Assembly: GCA_005788145.1 (NCBI GenBank)
Contig: SXYY01000057.1
Span: 1-41,257, forward strand
Direction: 5' to 3'
Source of the DNA: Bacteroidota bacterium
GTDB lineage: Bacteria > Bacteroidota > Bacteroidia > NS11-12g > UBA955
DNA: 41,257 bases
The notes beneath the pieces were generated by a model. It had not been told where the DNA came from and searched no databases. It saw only the letters and a list, made by a program, of their open reading frames with translations. Each line of letters starts with the position of its first letter. Within the stretch, counting starts at the first letter, position 1. The translations under genes and the position numbers were made by a program. Of the stretch, positions 37,391-41,257 are shown piece by piece.

Positions 37391-38769
37391 TAATAATCAA
37401 ACACTTTGACCAAACCCTCTTTGCGGTATTCGTACACCGATTTACCGATGTCGATTCGGCCGCCGAGTTTGAGTTTGTTGAGGTCGGTGATTTCTGCTTC
37501 TAGGGTATAAATCCGGCCGTTGGTTTTGGCCGCTAGTTCAACATAGTGCGGGTGGATTTTGTCCGAAACGCCGCAGAGGATGATGTTCACGGGCTTGGTC
37601 ACTTGTTTGATGAGCGATATGTCTTTGATGGCTGCATTGTTGTCGGCGATCATGATAAAGCTATCAAGTTGTGGCCAGCGCTTTTGCGCGGCGATGAGTG
37701 CTTCTACGTTGTTTTCTGGAATATCGCCACCATCGCCCCTGCGCATCGCTGTTTGCATGGTTTTGTACACAGTGTCGAATGTGTGCGATTCAGCAAAATG
37801 CAACCCGCCACAGAATCCAATGCGTTTAAGCATATCTGGGGTTTCGTTGCCATCGTTGAAGAAGACCACCCTTCCATTTTCCAAACACGTTTTGGAGTGT
37901 TTCATCCAAAGCATCACTTGGGCGGTGTAAGGGGTCATGCTACCGGTAACATCCACCAAAACTGCATACTTGCCACCCCAGTTCTTGCGGGTGAGGATTT
38001 TGAATTCATCGGTATTGCGCAACCCGAAAGTATCAAAAAACCCGGTTTGCTCGAAATGACCGGGCACGCGTTTGAGGGGAATGGAATCGCGCACAATGCG
38101 GGTTTCTTTTTTGCGGAACCACAATCCTGCCGAGGTGTATTTGATGTGTTGCTTTTTTTTGTCTTTGCTGTGCGGCAAATAATAGCCTGTTTCTACTTCG
38201 CGTTTTCGGATTCGGTAACTCACCTTCTCGGGAATCCAGATTTGGGTGTCTTTGTAGCTATCGATGATGCGATCAATTTTGGCAATCTCTCTTTCGGTTT
38301 CTGCCTTGGGCGGCCTGCTTTTGAGGTATACCACAAAGCCATGGTAGCAGCCCTCTGCAGCTTCCAAGGTCTTGGGTGATTTTTGTTCAAATACCCGCCA
38401 TAGGATGTCGGATTGTTTGTATAATTCCGGCCAAATGGCCTTTAAATTATTCAGTCTGCGTAGATTGAGCTTGGGCTGATTGAAGGTATCTACTTGCTTG
38501 TAACGGGTGTAGACCAAATGAATGGCATGTACTTCGGTGGCCGGTGGCAATTTGAGTTTGAGCACCTCCGGTTTGAACTGAGAACTGGCGAAGGGCATGG
38601 GCAAATACAGCACAAATTTTCCTGTATCTATGGGGTGCAAGCCAATGACATAGGGTTTGTTCGCCACAATATCGGCCGGTTTGATTTGCGCTTTGGCCGC
38701 GTGCACAACCATCAGTAGGATGGCCCACACAATTTTTTTTAGGGCTTGACGATGGTGGATAGTGTGCAC
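37390..38769 (-). CDS. Exported protein with a C-terminal VWA (MIDAS) domain
   Basis: Signal peptide AKA|Q; DVTGSM, GGD.PEN..EAL and IAD motifs. Confidence 0.75.
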   Translation of the reverse strand: MHTIHHRQALKKIVWAILLMVVHAAKAQIKPADIVANKPYVIGLHPIDTGKFVLYLPMPFASSQFKPEVLKLKLPPATEVHAIHLVYTRYKQVDTFNQPKLNLRRLNNLKAIWPELYKQSDILWRVFEQKSPKTLEAAEGCYHGFVVYLKSRPPKAETEREIAKIDRIIDSYKDTQIWIPEKVSYRIRKREVETGYYLPHSKDKKKQHIKYTSAGLWFRKKETRIVRDSIPLKRVPGHFEQTGFFDTFGLRNTDEFKILTRKNWGGKYAVLVDVTGSMTPYTAQVMLWMKHSKTCLENGRVVFFNDGNETPDMLKRIGFCGGLHFAESHTFDTVYKTMQTAMRRGDGGDIPENNVEALIAAQKRWPQLDSFIMIADNNAAIKDISLIKQVTKPVNIILCGVSDKIHPHYVELAAKTNGRIYTLEAEITDLNKLKLGGRIDIGKSVYEYRKEGLVKVFDY

Positions 38770-38778
38770 GGGACGAAT

Positions 38779-39492
38779 TTAGAGGAGTTGGGTGAGAGAT
38801 TCAGTACCCAAAGTTCTTTCGGTGGTAAAACCTTCCCCGTATTGGGTGCCAATGGTTCTGCCATATTCCAAGGCCCTTGCACTCAGGAATTCCATGAATT
38901 CTTTGCTGCTAATAGGGGTTTCGGGCTCGGTGCTATTGGGGTTGTAGAATTGGGTTTTGAATGCCAAAATGGATTGCATTTTTTGTTCAAAAACATCGCT
39001 GATATCGACAATTACATCCGGTTTCATGAATCGATCTTGGATGTAGTGGTATACGGCTTTCGGACGGTGCGCTTCGAGAGGCGGTGTTGATATTTTGGGT
39101 AGTCCAGCCAAAAAGCAAGCCCTTGAGACCAGTTCTGCGGCCCTTCCATGGTCGGGATGTCTGTCACTCGTCGCATTTGCCAACACAATGCTTGGTTTGT
39201 ATTTGCGAATTTGTGTAACCACTGCCATCAATGACGATTCGTTGATTTCAAAATAGCCATCGCCGAGGTCGAGGTTTTCACGCACAGACAATCCCATGAT
39301 TTTGCTGCTTTCGGCAGCCTCTGCATCGCGATCAGCAGCTGTACCACGGGTGCCCAGTTCACCGCGCGTTAGGTCGATGATGCCACAGGCCTGTCCCATC
39401 CGAATGTGTTTGATGAGGGTGCCACTTGCGGCCAATTCCACATCATCGGGGTGGGCTGCGAATGCCAGAACGTCTAGGTTTTTTGTGGTCAT
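38779..39492 (-). CDS. bshB1: Bacillithiol biosynthesis deacetylase BshB1
   Basis: AHPDDVE, LTRGELGTRG and RHPDH motifs. Confidence 0.92.
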   Translation of the reverse strand: MTTKNLDVLAFAAHPDDVELAASGTLIKHIRMGQACGIIDLTRGELGTRGTAADRDAEAAESSKIMGLSVRENLDLGDGYFEINESSLMAVVTQIRKYKPSIVLANATSDRHPDHGRAAELVSRACFLAGLPKISTPPLEAHRPKAVYHYIQDRFMKPDVIVDISDVFEQKMQSILAFKTQFYNPNSTEPETPISSKEFMEFLSARALEYGRTIGTQYGEGFTTERTLGTESLTQLL

Positions 39493-40481
39493 AGTGTTGC
39501 GGGAGGATTGAAGATGAGGTTTAGCAGGGTATTCCCCACCGCTTGCAGGGTGCTTTTGTCGATGGCATCCAGGTTGTCGTCATGGGTGTGCCAGTAGGGG
39601 GCAAAACCTGTATTCTCGTTGTATTGGATGATGTCGATCATGGGAATGTTGGTGGCTTCGTACACGTATTTGTGGTCGTCTGTGATGGCACCGATGTTCT
39701 GCAACTGAAAGTGGTTATCATGTCCGAGTTCCTTGGCGATTTGCCAGGTGTGTACCAAAATCCAGTTGGCGTATTGGTTGGAATTGGCTTCCCACATGAA
39801 TTTGGCATCTTTCCCACCGACCATGTCGAGCAGTACACCAAAGTTGGCTTTGTAGCCCGGTGTGTGCAGGTTTTTACCCCAGTATTGACTGCCCAAGCAG
39901 AACGAATTTTCAATTTCAGAAACGCCCAAATCTTCGGCATCAAAGAGAATGAAATCTACGCCCCATTCGGGTTTTTCGCTGTGAAGGATGCGTGCCAATT
40001 CCAGGATGACACCCACGCCGCTGGCGCCATCGTTTGCCGCGAGGATGGGGTCTTTTGGGTTTTCGTCATCTTGATCTGCCATGGGTCTGCTATCCCAGTG
40101 GGCGGCGAAAATCATGCGTTTTTCGGCTTGCGGGTTGATGCTTCCGATGAGGTTATAGATGGGGATTGTGGCTCCTGAAGTGGGATTTTTGGATTGTCCA
40201 ACTTGGAAATAGGTGGTGTCGCAGTTCGATTTGAGTTGCTTCAACAGCCAATCTGCGCACTGCTTGTGTGCGGGGGTGCCGGGAATACGGAAGCCAAAAT
40301 CAAGCTGTGATTTGATGTGGTTGTAGGCGTTATCGGCCGAGAAGCCGTTTTTTTTCTGGGTGACGATGACAGTTTCAGACGCTGCTAGGGTGTCGGTTTC
40401 GGGGGTTTCCGCAGATTGGTTACAGCCCCAAAAAAGAAAGGATGCAGCGGTGCAAAAAGTCAATATGTACTTTGCTTTCAT
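39489..40481 (-). CDS. M28-family glutaminyl-peptide cyclotransferase lipoprotein
   Basis: FWGC lipobox; AHWDSR, ANDGASG, DAEDLG, DMVG, DDH and WHT motifs; TAACTTTG box at 40499-40492. Confidence 0.85.
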   Translation of the reverse strand: MKAKYILTFCTAASFLFWGCNQSAETPETDTLAASETVIVTQKKNGFSADNAYNHIKSQLDFGFRIPGTPAHKQCADWLLKQLKSNCDTTYFQVGQSKNPTSGATIPIYNLIGSINPQAEKRMIFAAHWDSRPMADQDDENPKDPILAANDGASGVGVILELARILHSEKPEWGVDFILFDAEDLGVSEIENSFCLGSQYWGKNLHTPGYKANFGVLLDMVGGKDAKFMWEANSNQYANWILVHTWQIAKELGHDNHFQLQNIGAITDDHKYVYEATNIPMIDIIQYNENTGFAPYWHTHDDNLDAIDKSTLQAVGNTLLNLIFNPPATL

Positions 40482-40562
40482 CAATGTTGTACAAAGTTAA
40501 TTAATTGTGCGGGTAGGGTGATTCAAAATTATATTTTAAGGTCTATTTTCGCCTGAACAAGC

Positions 40563-41257
40563 ATGGATATTCAAATTCAGAGTATGACGGGTTTTGGGCG
40601 GGCCCAAATAGAGACGCCCACTTTGCGCGCGGTGTGTGAGATCAAAGCATTAAATGGTCGGTATTTTGAGGCCGATTTGCGGTTGCCAAAGTTTTTGTAT
40701 GAGATTGATGCGCAGATTCGCCGTCAGCTGAATGAAAAATTGGAGCGAGGTACCATTACCTGCACCTACAGCATTACGTTTCCGAATGTGAAGGCGGAGG
40801 ATCAAACCATCCACATCAACGCGGGATTGGCGAAGGCCTATCTAGACAAATACAATGAGTTGAGTGCGGATTTGGGTGTGGAGTTTCGCGATCCGTTCAG
40901 GGAGATTATTCGGATTCCTGAAGTGATTCAAACCGCTGAGCGCGGATTGGATGAAGGCGTGAAACAAGCGATTGTGGAACTGACAATGCAAGCTGCGGAT
41001 TTGTTGGTGCAGTTCAGAAAAGAGGAAGGCGCAGCCACGGGGGAGAAACTGCTTTCGTTGGTTGAGTCGATTCAGTTGGATTTGAACGAGGTTTCGATTC
41101 ACGAGGAACCGCGCAAGCAAGGCTTGCGCGATCGCATTTACGGCCAACTGGCCGAACACGTAAGTGCAGAATTGCGCGATAACAATCGCTTCGAACAAGA
41201 AATCTTGTTGTACCTCGATAAGTGGGACATCGCCGAAGAAAAGCAGCGCCTACAACA
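40563..41257 (+). CDS. yicC: YicC/YloC family endoribonuclease (partial, runs off the window)
   Basis: ATG 40563 reads MDIQIQSMTGFGRA...EIKALN...LERG...RFEQE...DIAEE; missing from the ORF track because there is no stop. Confidence 0.92.
   Translation, partial: MDIQIQSMTGFGRAQIETPTLRAVCEIKALNGRYFEADLRLPKFLYEIDAQIRRQLNEKLERGTITCTYSITFPNVKAEDQTIHINAGLAKAYLDKYNELSADLGVEFRDPFREIIRIPEVIQTAERGLDEGVKQAIVELTMQAADLLVQFRKEEGAATGEKLLSLVESIQLDLNEVSIHEEPRKQGLRDRIYGQLAEHVSAELRDNNRFEQEILLYLDKWDIAEEKQRLQ

Noticed and set aside
37546-38379. Long antisense ORFs (also 36695-37378, 28286-28939, 39543-40178, 8014-8637)
   Set aside because: They are shadow frames of well-supported genes and have no motifs of their own
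1-41257. CRISPR arrays, IS elements, prophage, rRNA or tRNA genes
   Set aside because: No repeat-spacer arrays, transposase, integrase or phage genes, or RNA gene signatures were seen; intergenic gaps are short

Overview
A gene-dense chromosomal window from a Bacteroidota (Bacteroidetes) genome, judged by TAnnTTTG -7 promoter boxes, a T9SS cargo protein, signal peptides followed by Gln together with a glutaminyl cyclase, bshB1, and the rplM-rpsI-rpsB-tsf-pyrH order. It is mostly housekeeping: translation, tRNA modification, cofactor and isoprenoid metabolism, and envelope genes. I saw no mobile element, CRISPR array, rRNA or tRNA. The most unusual items are: (1) a very basic protein with HMGA/AHL-type AT-hooks, a coiled coil and a C-terminal winged-helix-like domain, behind an AT-rich, repeat-laden divergent promoter, which is a candidate novel nucleoid or silencing protein; (2) an EF-P whose normally modified loop lysine is replaced (PGKG to PGNLR), at the head of an operon with an intact agmatinase-family ureohydrolase, which suggests an uncharacterised EF-P activation route; (3) a GT2 glycosyltransferase pseudogene remnant (QRMRW motif) not recognisable from the ORF track; (4) an unannotated 47-aa lipoprotein behind a CxxC-containing T9SS protein; (5) a stand-alone RNA polymerase alpha-CTD-like protein where frr usually sits. 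All calls come from motif recognition by eye; no searches were run.
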